Shown here: positions 12,301 to 25,689 of the stretch, piece after piece
Numbering within the stretch: the stretch's first letter is position 1
Layout of the letters: every line of letters begins with the position of its first letter
Assembly: GCA_044892525.1 (NCBI GenBank)
Contig: CM097885.1
Span: forward strand, 23,810,001-23,874,000
From: Schmidtea polychroa
Lineage: Eukaryota
Reading direction: 5' to 3'
DNA length: 64,000 nucleotides
The notes under the pieces: model-generated
What the model saw: only the letters and a program-made list of their open reading frames with translations
Database searches by the model: none
What the model was told of the DNA's origin: nothing
Program-made: the position numbers and the translations under genes

Positions 12301-13899
12301 TAGAACTCAGATCCCTACAAAATCTTTATTTTTCAAATTGTACAAACTTTTTTCTTTATAATTAGAACTGCCCAATGGGTATCGCCCTATAAGTTCAAAC
12401 ACAAATTTGCGTTTATCATTTCTTGCTAAATCGTTCTCGTTTCCCTGCTTTGAGCAACCGACACTTACTTTTACACTGTTTTTTGCTAACTGTTTTTATA
12501 GTCAATCCTTGACTCTCTTAATTCCCGGCAGCCCACTGATCTGACAATCAGTTGGGTATCTTTTGAATAATGATTATTTGTTGAAGCTTTATTTATTTGA
12601 ACTCCTGATCATTCTATGGTCATTTTTCGTCTTCAAAATCTCATTTGCTATCGATTATCATTTTTCCTTCCCGAAAATATTGGATTTTACATTTTTAATT
12701 AATTTTAATTGATTTTGATAATTTGTGAAATTTTACATTTTTATTTCGTATCTTTTGTATAACTACAACACCGGTCCATCGGACCGGAAATCGTGTTTGG
12801 AAATTAGATATGTTGAGGATACCTCAATAATAATTGATAAATAAATAAATTACCTGGGGGAAAATCGTCATGACAAACGCGACAAGCTCTATGGGAAATC
12901 GGAGAAAACGGAAGTAAAATAAATGAGAAAAATAAATCAAACAAAACAAATTTAAAACAAAGGTCATCAGTAATTATGAAGTCCAAAAAGGGGAAAAAGG
13001 AATTTCAAATTCCAAAAAACAGAAATTACATATCTCGATAGCCTGTCAGAGATAACGGATTCGAATGAAAAAGGCTGTGGTGGTTTGATATTGTACCGAT
13101 CCATTTGAAGATTTTAAATCATCAATGGTCACGGACTTCCTCTATTAACCCTGTTCTAACTGTAACCAGATATTAGCGAAATATTAGCGATAAAGATATT
13201 TTTACTTTTTCTTTTTGTGATCTTATATCATCCCTTTCATTGATATAGTTTTTAATTATTGAATTTAGATTTGCTTCATTCTTGATATGTTCACTAATCT
13301 GATTATTAATTAAAATATTAATAAAAATAAATAAAAAATAAATGCAAAATTCCTCTATTAAACTTATTACAGCACATAACTAAATAAAATTTCATGACTC
13401 GCAAATCTTTCGACCAAGTTTGTAACTGAGTTTTATTCTTGCAAATTATAATCTATAATCTTGTACTTGTAGCAACCCTCTGGCCTTCAACTGATATTTA
13501 TATAGAACACAAAATGTAATCGAGCCTTGTCACTGAATTATGTAAATAAGTCTGTTTCAATATGGCATAATAAATTTATTCTCACTTGATCAAATACTTG
13601 ACCTTATACTTATGCTGAATAAATTCTTGTAAATACAAATTACTATTTTTGTATATTTGTCGTTTTCTGTTAATCCCTGTTGGTCAATTTCTCGACACTT
13701 AAATATCTGTCTTAAATGTGTTTCAATTTATTATCTTGTACGCGTTTTGAGTACTTGGATATAGGAGCAGATTCTTGTTCATTAGTAGACTTAATTAATT
13801 TGTCATTTTCCATATATATATATATATATATATATATATTGCCAGATTACATGCCTGAATCGTTTATCGCTTCTCCTTAATCAAATAAAAAGTATCCAT

Positions 13900-14350
13900 T
13901 GTCTAAATTTAAATCACATTGCGAGTCTTCCTGAGTGAATCCTCTTTATTTTCTGCACCCTTTGATTGTTATCACTGGCAATTGTTTTTTACCTAGTCCA
14001 TGAATGTGAAGTCGTTGCTATTTTAATTCTCATTGCAATGGCTCAATCTATATATTTTCATCGTCTTCTTCAGGTTAATCATTGTTTTCTCTATCTCAGT
14101 TAGTTGATGGCCATTGTCATTATCTAGAAATTGATATTTATGGAATGCTGTTCAATCCAATTTTACCATTTCCCACTGATTTTCTACGATATCACTTTGG
14201 CGATTAATTTCGCAAGTAGTGAGTTGTGAGCCCATGGGATGTTATAATTGACATCAGATTTGATTCCTTGAAACATGACGTCAATAGTCCAGCGTGCATA
14301 TCATTCTTGAATTCAATTTCATTTATTTCATCAAAGTTTTGAATCCTTGT
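13900..14350. repeat. ~450-bp segment duplicated (direct) at ~20170-20660; decayed coding-like sequence on minus strand
   Basis: Shared blocks such as gtcttcctgagtgaatcctctttat and gagcccatgggatgttataattgacatcagatttgattccttgaaacatgacgtcaat. Confidence 0.9.
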
Positions 14351-15147
14351 CACTTAAGTTGCATTTTAATTCCTTATTGATTTGAGAAAGTAGTTTATTG
14401 ATTACAGTGGAATCTTCATTTGATAATGTGTTGTATGAATATTAAGTTTTTCTCAGTTTCATCGGAATATGTAATTCGAATTGTTTTTGAAGAAACATAC
14501 GATTCCGCAGATAAATTTTAACGTGTTTAAATTTATTTTATTTTCTTACGTTACATTTAAAAATGATGAATAGCAGAGTTCTTGGTATTTATATCTAATG
14601 ACCACTTGATTTAAACAACAATAACATACATATTTGTATTTATGCAGCACAGCCAATCAGCACTATTAATGTTTGTTTACTAATTCGTCTGTTTAAATCT
14701 ATCAAGAGAATATAATAACGAATTTTGAATAAACATTTATTATTTTCAAAATATTTTTTTCTAATTCTTCGAATACAATCTCTAATATATTTCTTTTACA
14801 TTTTCCCACAATTGTAAAGGAATATAATATCATTGACAATCTTCATAAATTTTGGCTGATCCATCCATTTATTATAAAATTTGATAAATTGGGATGCATT
14901 GAGTCCCGTAACATTAATACCTAAAAATCATTCGCTCATTGAGATCAGGGAACAGTTTTCTCAAAGCGATACTAAAATTCGTTCTATATAATAAAACATT
15001 AATAAAAAATAGAAAATATTAAATTACAATTTTTATCTTTCAATGTAAAATATATTTCAAATATATGAAATAAGAAATTATTAATAGTTTGTATACGCAT
15101 TTTATCCAATCAGAAGCATATATTCATCAAAAATATGCATTTTCTTT

Positions 15148-15500
15148 TCATTTCAGTTGTAATTCGTAAATTAAATGTTTTGCAGAAGGTTGACAATTAA
15201 ATGTTTTAGGGCTAAAATGACAACTTTGTCTTCACTGAAAACATTTACACAGAGAGTTACAAAAATTTGTATTCAATATTTGTAGTAACTGTAACTGACT
15301 CTGCTCTACAATTTTCAATTTTAAATGGTAAACCATTTGCATTGATTGATTTTTTACACTCAATAATGCGACATTTTCCTAAATTAAAGAATAAAATAGG
15401 ATATTTGCAACTTCTGTCTATTTCTACTGTCTATTTCTGTCGTTTTCTACTGGGAAATATCATTTGTTGAACATTTGCAATTGTAATTTCTTTTAGACAT
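15148..15500 (-). pseudogene. Compact TBP-like (TATA-binding protein fold) pseudogene, copy A, internally deleted
   Basis: Minus-strand translation: MIFPSRKRQK*..IDRSCKYPILFFNLGKCRIIECKK...PFKIENCRAESVTVTTNI, then a frameshift/deletion, then LCVNVFSEDKVVILALK. It is colinear with copy B at 27339-27759 and with the TBP repeat motifs LIFxSGKxVxxGxK. Confidence 0.7.
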
Positions 15501-16769
15501 TTTATGAAATATTTATGGAATATCAATTATCAAATATTAATATCTAATTTTAAAATGATTTCATTAATTAAATCAATTTAAACAATATCTATTATTTTAT
15601 AATTTGAAAATGGAATTAAGAAACGATGGGATTTTTCAAATTGTTGTTCCAAATATTAGTGTGAAAACTTTATTTGTTAGTAACTTACTTAAATGAATAA
15701 GGATTAGATTAAGAATGAAAATTATAATAAAAATGATATAAGACATTAGAATTTTCTATGAAAATGGCGAAAAATTGGTAACTCAGTATTTCTTACTTTA
15801 TTTATATATTTCTTGTAATGTGATTTTATTTATTTATTTAATTTTTATGGGATGGGACGCCATATTATCATAGAGGCAAAGACAATTTTATTAATTAAGA
15901 TATACATTTCAATAATTTACACTCAGTCAATTTACAGTTTGATTTTTCTCGCATTACTCTTGTAGTGGATAAATGTTGAGTGACACATTTTAAATAAAAC
16001 AATAATAAGTCTGTAAATATTAGGAATTAGTTGAAATGCTAATTAGCTTTGCACCAGCCTAGGACTGGATAAGGAACATATAGCTAGTGGCCAGATTTCG
16101 AAATTGCGTTAGCTGAAATTTTAGTACTTTTTTTCTGTTTTATCAATAAGTTCTTGACTTAAATACATTCCTCTACGATGCCTGGTCTATTGCTGACCAT
16201 TTTTTGTTTAAGGTTTCTTTAATATCAACTCTAAAAAGCACGATAAAGTTGCTAATTTTTGGCAAAATTAATAAATTTAGGATCAGTATTTATACGGATT
16301 TTTCTATACATAAATTAATTTAATATTTTCAACATTTAATTTAATTTAAATATTTATATTTCTTATAGATATCTATTTTTTATATTAATCAATCAAAATA
16401 TTTATATTACAATTTCTTATAAATATATTATTATGATTCTATTGCTAAAAATGCTTATATTATGAATTTTCTACTAGATTCTTTATTATAAGAAAATATT
16501 TCTTTAATTAATTATTATAAAAATTCATTATTATATTTTGATATTTTTGATAACTAATATTATTCAGTAGTTACACTAATCATGATATAAATAGTTAGAA
16601 TTATTAGTCTACCTCCATATATTTTGCTTTTATTATTCCTAAAAATAAAGTTAGCATAACACATGCGTCACAGATTGGTTAATTCTGACTGCTCGCGCTT
16701 GTGCGCACACTTCTTGCATGAGTGTAGACTCGAGTAGTTTAGTTTGGAATTTATGGGTGAATCGATTCT

Positions 16770-16990
16770 TATCGTTTTTATTGGGTCGTTGTTTTAAAGT
16801 CGGTTTCTCTGGAATTTTCGAGTTTCGGTTTCTATTCGATTTGATTTTTACTTTTCTATCTTCCTGAATTTTCGAAATTGAAAATTAAATCTTTTTTGGA
16901 GTCTTCTTATTTAAATTATGAATCAAACTCAAGTTAGTGAACATGTTAAATGGTTTAACTCAAAGAATCTATTCATTAGTTTTGTCAATA
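16770..16990. repeat. ~220-bp segment duplicated (direct) at ~18548-18770
   Basis: Near-identical tcgtttttattgggtcgttgttttaaagtcggtttctctggaattttcgagtttcgg...caagttagtgaacatgttaaatggttt. Confidence 0.9.
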
Positions 16991-17006
16991 AAAGTAATGA
17001 TAAATA

Positions 17007-17234
17007 ATGTCTATTGATTGCTTCTACAAATGCACAATGGGAATTTATGAAAGTTATGTATTACCTCATGCTATTTGCGGAATTAATTTGTCTGGAAGAG
17101 TTTTAATAAATTTCTCGATGATGACACATAATAAAATAATATTTATCAAATAAAAGAAATTTTCATATATAACAGAAATGCTGTACAAAATGATCATTAA
17201 ATATAAAAAGGAGATTATGAATAAACTTGGCTAA
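17007..17234 (+). pseudogene. Actin/actin-related gene fragment
   Basis: MSIDCFYKCTMGIYESYVLPHAICGINLSGRVLINFSMM resembles actin [40 protein letters not shown]. An in-frame stop follows. Confidence 0.55.
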
Positions 17235-17572
17235 AATAAAATAAAGATACATTGTAAGCTTAATATTGTCAAAGGATAATTAAAATAATACACAAAATAA
17301 GTTAGCATGATATTATCAGGAATAATAATAGCATTTAATAGTTATTGAATGTTTTTGAGAATACGATTAGGATTTATCCTCCACATAGATAGCCCATGTC
17401 ACCCGACACTTTTGCTGCTCGTCAAAATCACCCAAAATGTAACTATTATTTTGGGTCAGTGGTTATTTTAATTTTAAAAAAGTCTTTGAAGTAGTATGTG
17501 AAATTTAAGGCACAAACATGTCCTAAAGATCTTATTAGCCCTAAATTTCGAAAAAAATTATTTCGTTTAAAA

Positions 17573-18035
17573 TTACATAAAATCATTATTTAAAATTATT
17601 ATTAATGTCAAGGAACTAAAACAAGATTTTATATCCGCACTATTATCAATTATCATATTTGTAACGAAGTTATTGACATATTCAGAATACTTACACTTGA
17701 TATCGTTAATTATACCTAGATCTAGAGGCTGTAAGATCGATGTTGCATTAGGTGGCAAAATAACAGTTTCACGTTCGAAAATACACCAACCTCGTGGCCT
17801 TTAAAATTATCGCATAATAATAGGATCATTTCGTCATTTAAATCGTTTATATATTTCAAAAAAATATCTTTGGTAAGCCACGAAGATGTGTTGTTAGCAT
17901 ATTTTAGGTTGTAATTATCTGGTTTCTCGTTTTTAAAAGCCCTGGGGTTTTGCTTTTTCCTATGATTAATAGTGTAATTTCATCGCCGTATTTATTAAAA
18001 CATAATAAAAGCGTAATTCTTGTTTTATCGGTTTT
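17573..18035 (-). mobile_element. pogo/Tigger (Tc1/mariner, DDE_1/CENP-B-like) transposase relic
   Basis: DKTRITLLLCFN..G, IIGK..PRAF, SSWLT, DNFKGH and PPNATSILQPLDLGII..IK..Y motifs, interrupted by frameshifts. Confidence 0.88.
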
Positions 18036-20699
18036 TATACTTTTTTTTAAAAATAAAAAATAAACGAAATTAATTTATATTATTTTTGACATCATACAAA
18101 ATTTTAATGGTGAAATTCATTTCTTTCAAGATAAATGCCTTAAAAATTTAACATTTACAATCTATTTTTGTGCCCTAAATATATCACACTACTGTATTAA
18201 GAAAATAATAATATGCTTTTAAACTTTTTATATAAAAAAAAATATAATTATTATAAAGACAAACATAATTGTCAAGTTTTAGTTCATTAATTTATGAATT
18301 TTAGTTATAAAAGTTCTCTTCGTTAGCAATGGCTCCTTTGTTACTAAATTTATTACCACAATTTAGTCAAGTATTTAGTCACCTTAAGTCGAAGGACAAG
18401 AATCGGAATTGACGGTAGTTAGGCTCTTTCTGTTCTAAAATAAAATAAATTTCCTGTGAAAATATTTGCTCACATTTCTAAGTGGAAAAAAATGCAGACA
18501 AAATGGCAAACCGAATTTTTTTCAAAGATAAAAACTTCATAGGTAATGGTCGTTTTTATTGGGTCGTTGTTTTAAAGTCGGTTTCTCTGGAATTTTCGAG
18601 TTTCGGTTACTATTCGATTTGATTTTTACATTTCTGTCTTCCTGAATTTTCGAAATTGAAAAATAAATCTTTTTTGGAGTCTTCTTATTTAAATTATGAA
18701 TCGAACTCAAGTTAGTGAACATGTTAAATGGTTTCATTAGTTTAAGATTCATTAGTTTTGACAATAAAAGAATATAAATAAAGAATATGAATAAGAATAA
18801 AAATAAAATTATATTAATTAAATTATCTTAATTCGAAATATTAAAATAAATTTAAGAAGTTTGTCGATTTTATATTTATTATGACTCAAATAAGAATATT
18901 GTGAATATTCATAAAGGACAAGGCAAGTACGACATAAATAAAAATGCCGAAAATATCCATAAAAGCCACGACAATTGCAATATGTATGAAAATGATGAAA
19001 AACATCTTCAATTAGAGCCTCATCCATATGATTTGGATAATTCTCCAATGTCGCCCAGCCTATCATTAAAGACCAATTTAATACTTTCGAAAACATCAAA
19101 TCCACCACAATCCTCACCACCTTATAAGCATTATATATTTCCGAATCATGCTAAAGATATAACCTCAACTTGAATTATGAATAATGATCTAGCTGGCCAA
19201 CTTCACTCTCATTATAAAATAATGAAACTTATCGACATGATGACCAGACGAATTTCACCCGAAATATGGAAGCTGATAGAAATCAACCTTAAATATTAAT
19301 TATGGTAATTTTAAACAAAAAACTAAATAAAGAATGCCTATAAATTTAATTTGAAAGAAATATTAATAATATAATTAATATGGAAGAAAATTATGAGAAT
19401 GAAATCCTAATGTTCCTTTAATAAATGTTTTCATTAATAACACAAAAATGCTAAAATTAAATTTTTTCAAAGATAAAAACTTCATAGGTAGTGATGCCCA
19501 CAATTGATATCATGAAAATATGAGTATCTTTCGTCTTTTCTAAATATTTCCGTATTGTTTTAAACTTATCCACACAATATTGTACTTTTAAAATTAATCA
19601 TTTCTAAACTGAAATTACCAATTTTATGATATTCGAAATTCTGAAAATTTAAAATATTATTTTCGATTTCGTCGGTTTTATTATAAATACAAATATTATG
19701 CGGTCCTTCTTAAAACTCTGAAATTTACTTTTTAATTCACTTTTCATGTTTAAAATACAACTTTTGAACATGTACAGATTGCTTTCATCAATATTTTATA
19801 TTTTCATGTTTGGGTTTTAACAAAGAAAAGAACTTTTTTAGTTTTTAGGTCGGTTACAATTAATATTAATTTCTAACAAAGCTACTTATATATTTTCAAA
19901 GTTGTGTGGTTATTTTCTTGGAGTCGTAATTTGAAATCATTATAATTGTTCTTGTGAGATGAGAACCAAATTCTTAAAATCATTTTTGCCGATTTCGTAA
20001 AGAAATAAATTTTTTGAGCTTGCGGTAAATATAGAAATAGGGATAATTACCCTAATCAACCATCGAATGTCGAACTCATAAAATTCGGTCATATTCTGAA
20101 AACAGTAATTGTTGACATAAGAACTGAATTTGAATCAATATTATTTTTGTTATCAATAAAAAGTAACCGTTGCCTAAATCAAAATCACATTGTGGGTCTT
20201 CCTGAGTGAATCCTCTTTATTCTCTGCAATTTTCTTTGATTGTTATCATCGGTTTTTGTTTTTTTTCATCTCCATGAATATGAAGGCTTCATTGCTATTC
20301 ATTGACTCTTCATTAAATATTCTCAGGTTTCTGTCTCTAACAAATTTTAATTCTCGTTGCGATGGCTCGATTTATATATTTTTATCATCTTCCTTTGTTT
20401 TCTCTATCTCATTTAGTTGATGGCCATTGTCATTATCTAGAAATTGATATTTATGGAATGCTATTCAATCCAATTTTACCATTTCTCACCGATTTTCTAC
20501 CATATCACTTTGGCGATTAATTTCGCAAGTAGTGAGTTGTGAGCCCATGGGATGTTATAATTGACATCAGATTTGATTCCTTGAAACATGACGTCAATAT
20601 TCCATTGTGCATATCATTCTTGAATTCAATTTCATTTATTTCATCAAAGATTTGAATCTTTGAAAAATTCTGAATTCTCTTTTGTTATTAAACATCCAG

Positions 20700-21100
20700 C
20701 AAAAGTCCTTTAAAACTGCTCCCCGCCTTTGACTCTGAATCTTTTCTTTATTTCTGACTTAATTAGATTGTTGAAAGATTCCACAAATTTTATGTGGACA
20801 CTTGTTATTTTATCCACAAAGTTATATTTGTGGCAAACAATTAGACGAACAAACCCGAGGACATCTGAATCATCATATAATTTATGTTCAGTCTGAATCG
20901 TAGTACCACAGACAACTATTTCTAATATCGTGAATAAGATTATTGTTATCTTTTGTCTGGAGTTGTGGTAGCAAACGCTCTCGGTATTTTTGTATTGTAT
21001 TTTACAATTACAAGAGCCTAGGTTCTGTTGGCTGAAAATCTTCCTCGGTGACTTTTTATTTATAATTTAGCATAGTTTCATCGACTTGTATTTTAATTCG
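20700..21100 (-). mobile_element. Merlin/ISXO2 (IS1595-like) transposase relic
   Basis: Minus strand: IQVDETMLNYK*KSHRGR...RAFA...PDK, GTTIQTE, VCHKYNFVDKITSVHIKFVESFNNLIK. Contains stops and frameshifts. Confidence 0.8.
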
Positions 21101-21852
21101 GAAACTAAAAAATAGATTAACAATTTTTAAACTTTCCTAAATAACTCTGATAAAATTGATTACCCAAATGATTACATTTATGGTTTACATGAATTGAAAC
21201 AAATAATTTACTTTGTTTCGCCTTTTACTTAACTTTACAAAAATTTCTACTTATTAGTTGAAAAATTCAAATTTATAAAATATTATTGTTACAAAATATT
21301 ATGACAGGAAAATGTATAGCTTGTTACATATTAGTAGAAACATTCAAATTTATGAAATATTGTTACAAAATTAACAGATTTAATGTAAAAATTTACAATT
21401 AATAATCATGACAATTTTCTCGGATATCGGATGCTGTTAAAAATAAAACTATAAAATTGACTAAACAAACAATTTTTACAAAGTTAGGAAAAATAATAGT
21501 TCATTTACAAATAAAATATAATTATATTAAATTTAAAAGTAATTTAGTTAAGCTTACGTTCCCTAATCAAATTACGAAACCCAATTAAAACATTGAAATA
21601 TTTTAGTTTCCCAAGATCTTTAGATAATCTATTGAAGTGGGAATATATATTTTGTTCTATATGTGTCTATTTATGTGGCATAAATCACAGACAACCGCAT
21701 TTTGAAAAATCACACAAAAGACTAGATTTACATTGAAACATTAAATTTTACATCCATAATTTTCTAAAATTATGTTAAACCAAAGCAGAGTTAAATCATC
21801 GATACTTAAGACATAATGTGTAAAGTTCAATATAAATTTGAAATGTAGTTAC

Positions 21853-24591
21853 TAGGGCATTCAAAACCGAGAATTTTTTTGGAACCGGGTTTTCGGTGCT
21901 AGAATGTTCCAGGATCGGGTACCCGGTTCTGGAACCGGTGCTGAAAATGTAAATAAAAAATAATAAATTATAAGTAAAAAAGCATTTTTATTATAAATAA
22001 TTTTTATTATAATAAAGGAACAAACATAAAATCACAGAAATTCAATATATAAATAAACACAATTCAATTTAATAAATAAAAAGCTATTAGCTTCTCTAAA
22101 TGTCCGCTTCCGTTTTAAAATGTGTTCGTAAGAAACTTAAAATGTCTAAACTTTGATCGTTTAGTGATGATCTAATTTTTGTACAAACCATACCACAATT
22201 GGAAAATACGCGCTCTGAATCTACGCTCGTAGGTGGAATGGATAACAAGTTTTCATAACAGGTCTGGAGATTCTTTCCACGATTGCCCTCCAGTTCGAAA
22301 ATAGCCAATTCTTTTTTTATAACATTAGTTATGTCTCTAATTGTTTTTGTTGGTGGGGTAATAGTGGAATTTACATCCTTGGTAATGGCACGGTTAAGCT
22401 TTTCCTTCAACGACAATTCTATTCCAATTTCAACATCATTGTCTGAGTCCGACTCAGATGACTGCTGGCTTCCTTCGAGTGGATTTGATAGGCCAATTAT
22501 CATGTTTGCTATCGCTGACTTTGTCAAATGTTCAAAGTTTAAAACGGAGTCTGGATCCAGTTCCGCATAATCTTGTTTGCTTTTATGTAAATATTGCAGC
22601 AAACTAGCCACTTTCGTTCGTCGTTGATTTATGCGATAACAAAGCGAGTCCTTCATTTGCAGAGCAAATTCACTGCAACCTAGGTTGTTTATCATAAACA
22701 AAATTGTCGTGTCAGCTGTTAATAATGTCGCATCTCGGCGGCATAAAGCTTCTGCAGCTAATTTTATTGGTTCAAGTGTTGTTACTAAATCATTAATCAT
22801 ATTCCACTCTTCGTCTTCGAATGAAAAACTTGAATTGAGATCTATTAAAGATTTTCGAATGTTGTTTTTTAATTTACGAAATCTTTCAAGCATACTATAA
22901 AGGCTATTCCATCTTGTCTTTACATCAATTATCAATTGCAATTCCTTTTCAAATTCTTCTTTGATGTATTTTTGAAGAATTTCGTTTTTAGTTGATGATT
23001 TACGAAATAGCTTGACTACAGTTCTAATTTTGCGGATAAGATCATAAAAATTCTCACACAGTTCTGGTTCATTCGCTTCCAATTCAAGATTAAATTCTTC
23101 GTATTGATCGTCGTCACCATTACCATCACCATCTGAAATACAGTCATCGTCATCGTTACCAGCTGGAGATGGTTTAGGTTTTTGATAAAGGATATCCAAT
23201 ACTGCTAAATGAATTGCGTGAGCGAAGTAGAGTTGCTGCTTACAGGTCAATATTTTCCCAACCTTTTGTATTACAGCAGCACCGTCCGTTGTAATGCAAA
23301 TGATGTCTTCATGCAAATTCAAGCCAAATATTTGCAGCCTTTCTTCAATAAGTTTGATACAGCATTCTGCAGGCAACGATCCTCGAACTCGTACCAGTCC
23401 CAAATTCCAAAATTTACATTTAATGTGCGCATTTATGTTTAAATAGCGTCGGTTCTTACACGAAATCCACTCGTCGAAAGTGAGACTAAATAGCTTTCCT
23501 TGGGATTTCAAACCTTGTAATTCAACCTTATACTTTTCCCGAATTATTTTTCCATATTTCATTACCATGTATCGAATTGTTGTAGCTGATTTTGGAACTT
23601 CAAATCCACGCGCTATTAGCGACTTGCGCATCTCAATTGAACTAATGAAAATTCTGAATGGTAAACCATCGCCGGCTGTCATACGAGATAATACCGCTTC
23701 AAGAGTGTTGTCACGAATGATGAGGTAGTTTGTTAACGTAGAACTGTGTACATTTCTGCGCTTTTCTGGTGGTGCAGTTGATGTTGCTGCTGTACTTACA
23801 GAAGCATATCTCTTCACAGGTTTTACTATGATCTTGTGAATAGATGTAATATGTTTATGGAGGGAACTTGTTGAACCACCTGTTGTCTTCAATGGCTTAT
23901 CACATCGTTTACATTTCGCAAACTCACCAGAATTGTTGTCACGGAGAAAATACTCCCATACTGGAGTTTTTTCAATCAGCCGCTGGCTGCATTCCTCAAA
24001 TTTGATATTTTTTATAGACATGTCTAGTAGAAAAATTTGCGATAATTTTATGTTTTCTATAATAATAAAAATTTTACTTGCCTTAAAGATTAAACTGGAC
24101 ACTTTTGATTGATTTACTTCCGACCTTCCGAGTGACCAATAAAAATAACACTACATAAAAAAATACAATATATATAACCTATATAAAAACTCACATATAA
24201 AAAAAAACACAATATAACTTTAGAGTAAATTTAATACTTTCATACGACTTGTTATAGTTATAAATAAATCAAATTAAATTCAAATTTAATTATTATATTG
24301 ATGTTGTCTTAAAGAGACTGTGAATTATATTTGCAAATGTAATCAAAGGGCTTAATTTTGAACTAATCTTTTAATTCACAGTCATTATTAACGGAAATAT
24401 GTACTTGTATTATTTCGTAATGTAAATATTAAGCTGCGAACAGTATTTTGCTTATTTTAGAATATGAGAAATGCTTGCTCTCAGCACCGAAAACCGGGAA
24501 ATTTTACCAAATTCAATCTCGGTTTTCGGTTCCAGAAAATGTCCGGGTTTCACGGAAACCGGGTTTTGGAATCCCGGTTTTGGATGCCCTA
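21853..24591 (-). mobile_element. Full-length hAT DNA transposon (2739 bp)
   Basis: 17-bp TIRs TAGGGCAT(T/C)CAAAACCG with 1 mismatch. Perfect 8-bp TSD GTAGTTAC at 21845-21852 and 24592-24599. Subterminal AACCGG-type repeats. Confidence 0.97.
22096..24021 (-). CDS. hAT transposase with BED zinc finger
   Basis: VWEYF...CKRC...LHKHITSIH (BED), TFDEW, TDGAA, TRWNS, SERVFS. The likely ATG is at 24021 within the 668-aa ORF. Confidence 0.95.
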   Translation of the reverse strand: MSIKNIKFEECSQRLIEKTPVWEYFLRDNNSGEFAKCKRCDKPLKTTGGSTSSLHKHITSIHKIIVKPVKRYASVSTAATSTAPPEKRRNVHSSTLTNYLIIRDNTLEAVLSRMTAGDGLPFRIFISSIEMRKSLIARGFEVPKSATTIRYMVMKYGKIIREKYKVELQGLKSQGKLFSLTFDEWISCKNRRYLNINAHIKCKFWNLGLVRVRGSLPAECCIKLIEERLQIFGLNLHEDIICITTDGAAVIQKVGKILTCKQQLYFAHAIHLAVLDILYQKPKPSPAGNDDDDCISDGDGNGDDDQYEEFNLELEANEPELCENFYDLIRKIRTVVKLFRKSSTKNEILQKYIKEEFEKELQLIIDVKTRWNSLYSMLERFRKLKNNIRKSLIDLNSSFSFEDEEWNMINDLVTTLEPIKLAAEALCRRDATLLTADTTILFMINNLGCSEFALQMKDSLCYRINQRRTKVASLLQYLHKSKQDYAELDPDSVLNFEHLTKSAIANMIIGLSNPLEGSQQSSESDSDNDVEIGIELSLKEKLNRAITKDVNSTITPPTKTIRDITNVIKKELAIFELEGNRGKNLQTCYENLLSIPPTSVDSERVFSNCGMVCTKIRSSLNDQSLDILSFLRTHFKTEADI

Positions 24592-25689
24592 GTAGTTACC
24601 ATTACTATGACTATTACGCAAAATTTCAAATCAATAAGTTAAATTTATTTAAAATAAATTTGTAATATTCAACATTGTAACAATTTCAAAAGCAGAATTT
24701 GCATCAATTGGACCAAAAATCCATCATTTAAAATTTGAAAAGTCGATTTTCAGATAAGATTGGAATAAGTATTATATTGAAGATTATAATAAAGAATTAT
24801 TAAAGTTTTAATAATAAATTTGTGATGGAATATATAGAAAATAATGGGATATAGCTGTATTAGCTACAGTACCTCTGGTATTTATTGAATCCAAAAATGA
24901 AAATATTTTTAAAACTAAATGACAAAATTTAAATTAAATGTTTTATCAGTACAGTGTTTTAACAGTGTTTTATTCAGTACAATAATATTTAAACAAATTA
25001 TTAATTTGTTTAAGGAGTCTTTCCTAAATAAATAAGAATATCAATACAAAAGGATACATCCAACATAATTTAAAATTAGTTATTTTAAATATTTTAATAT
25101 ACCCTACTGACTTGGCCTAATCTCACGTACTCAAAGTCGATCAAATTACCTAACAAATTTGAAATCAATATATAACGTTTTAGTCAATAAAAACTGTCTA
25201 TAATGTAACAAAATAATCAATAAATTATATTATAATAAACAGAAACTTAACTTGATGTTGAAAATTCATTAGCAGTTACACCTACCAATTTATTATCAGT
25301 TTCAAAGTACAGTAGAAAAATCAATGAAACACTAACATCAAATGCAACTTCTATAATAAAATAAACATGTAAACAAGTGATAAAGTGCACCTTCTACAGT
25401 ACGCGAGTTTTAATCGCTTAAAATCACACACAGCCTTCCGTTCAATCGTGTACTTCGGCCAACGGGGTAAGGGCCTTAAGTATCTTTGTTACTCGTTTGA
25501 CCAACTTGTTTGTTGACTGAGCTCCCGACTCCTTAGATGAGCTTACCACTCTGCCATCGCCTCTAAGTGTAATACGGATGCAACTATCGTCTGCGTCCTC
25601 ATTTTCATAGGTGCATATTCATCTTCAGCTATCGAGATGGCATGTGGCGGCAAGGTTTGGGATTGGCTTCAGGTTTACAGCTCTCGTCA

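Noticed and set aside
18818..19173. Overlapping 100-aa (Cys/His-rich) and 90-aa ORFs
   Set aside because: No recognisable domain, and the coding strand cannot be determined.
22283..23728. Plus-strand ORFs inside the hAT transposase, and similar antisense ORFs over TFIIB, TAF4, PolB and the 6.8-7.8 kb genes
   Set aside because: Shadow ORFs antisense to better-supported genes.
25520..25560. tRNA A-box-like TGGCAGAGTGGTAAG on the minus strand
   Set aside because: No B box or cloverleaf at a suitable distance.
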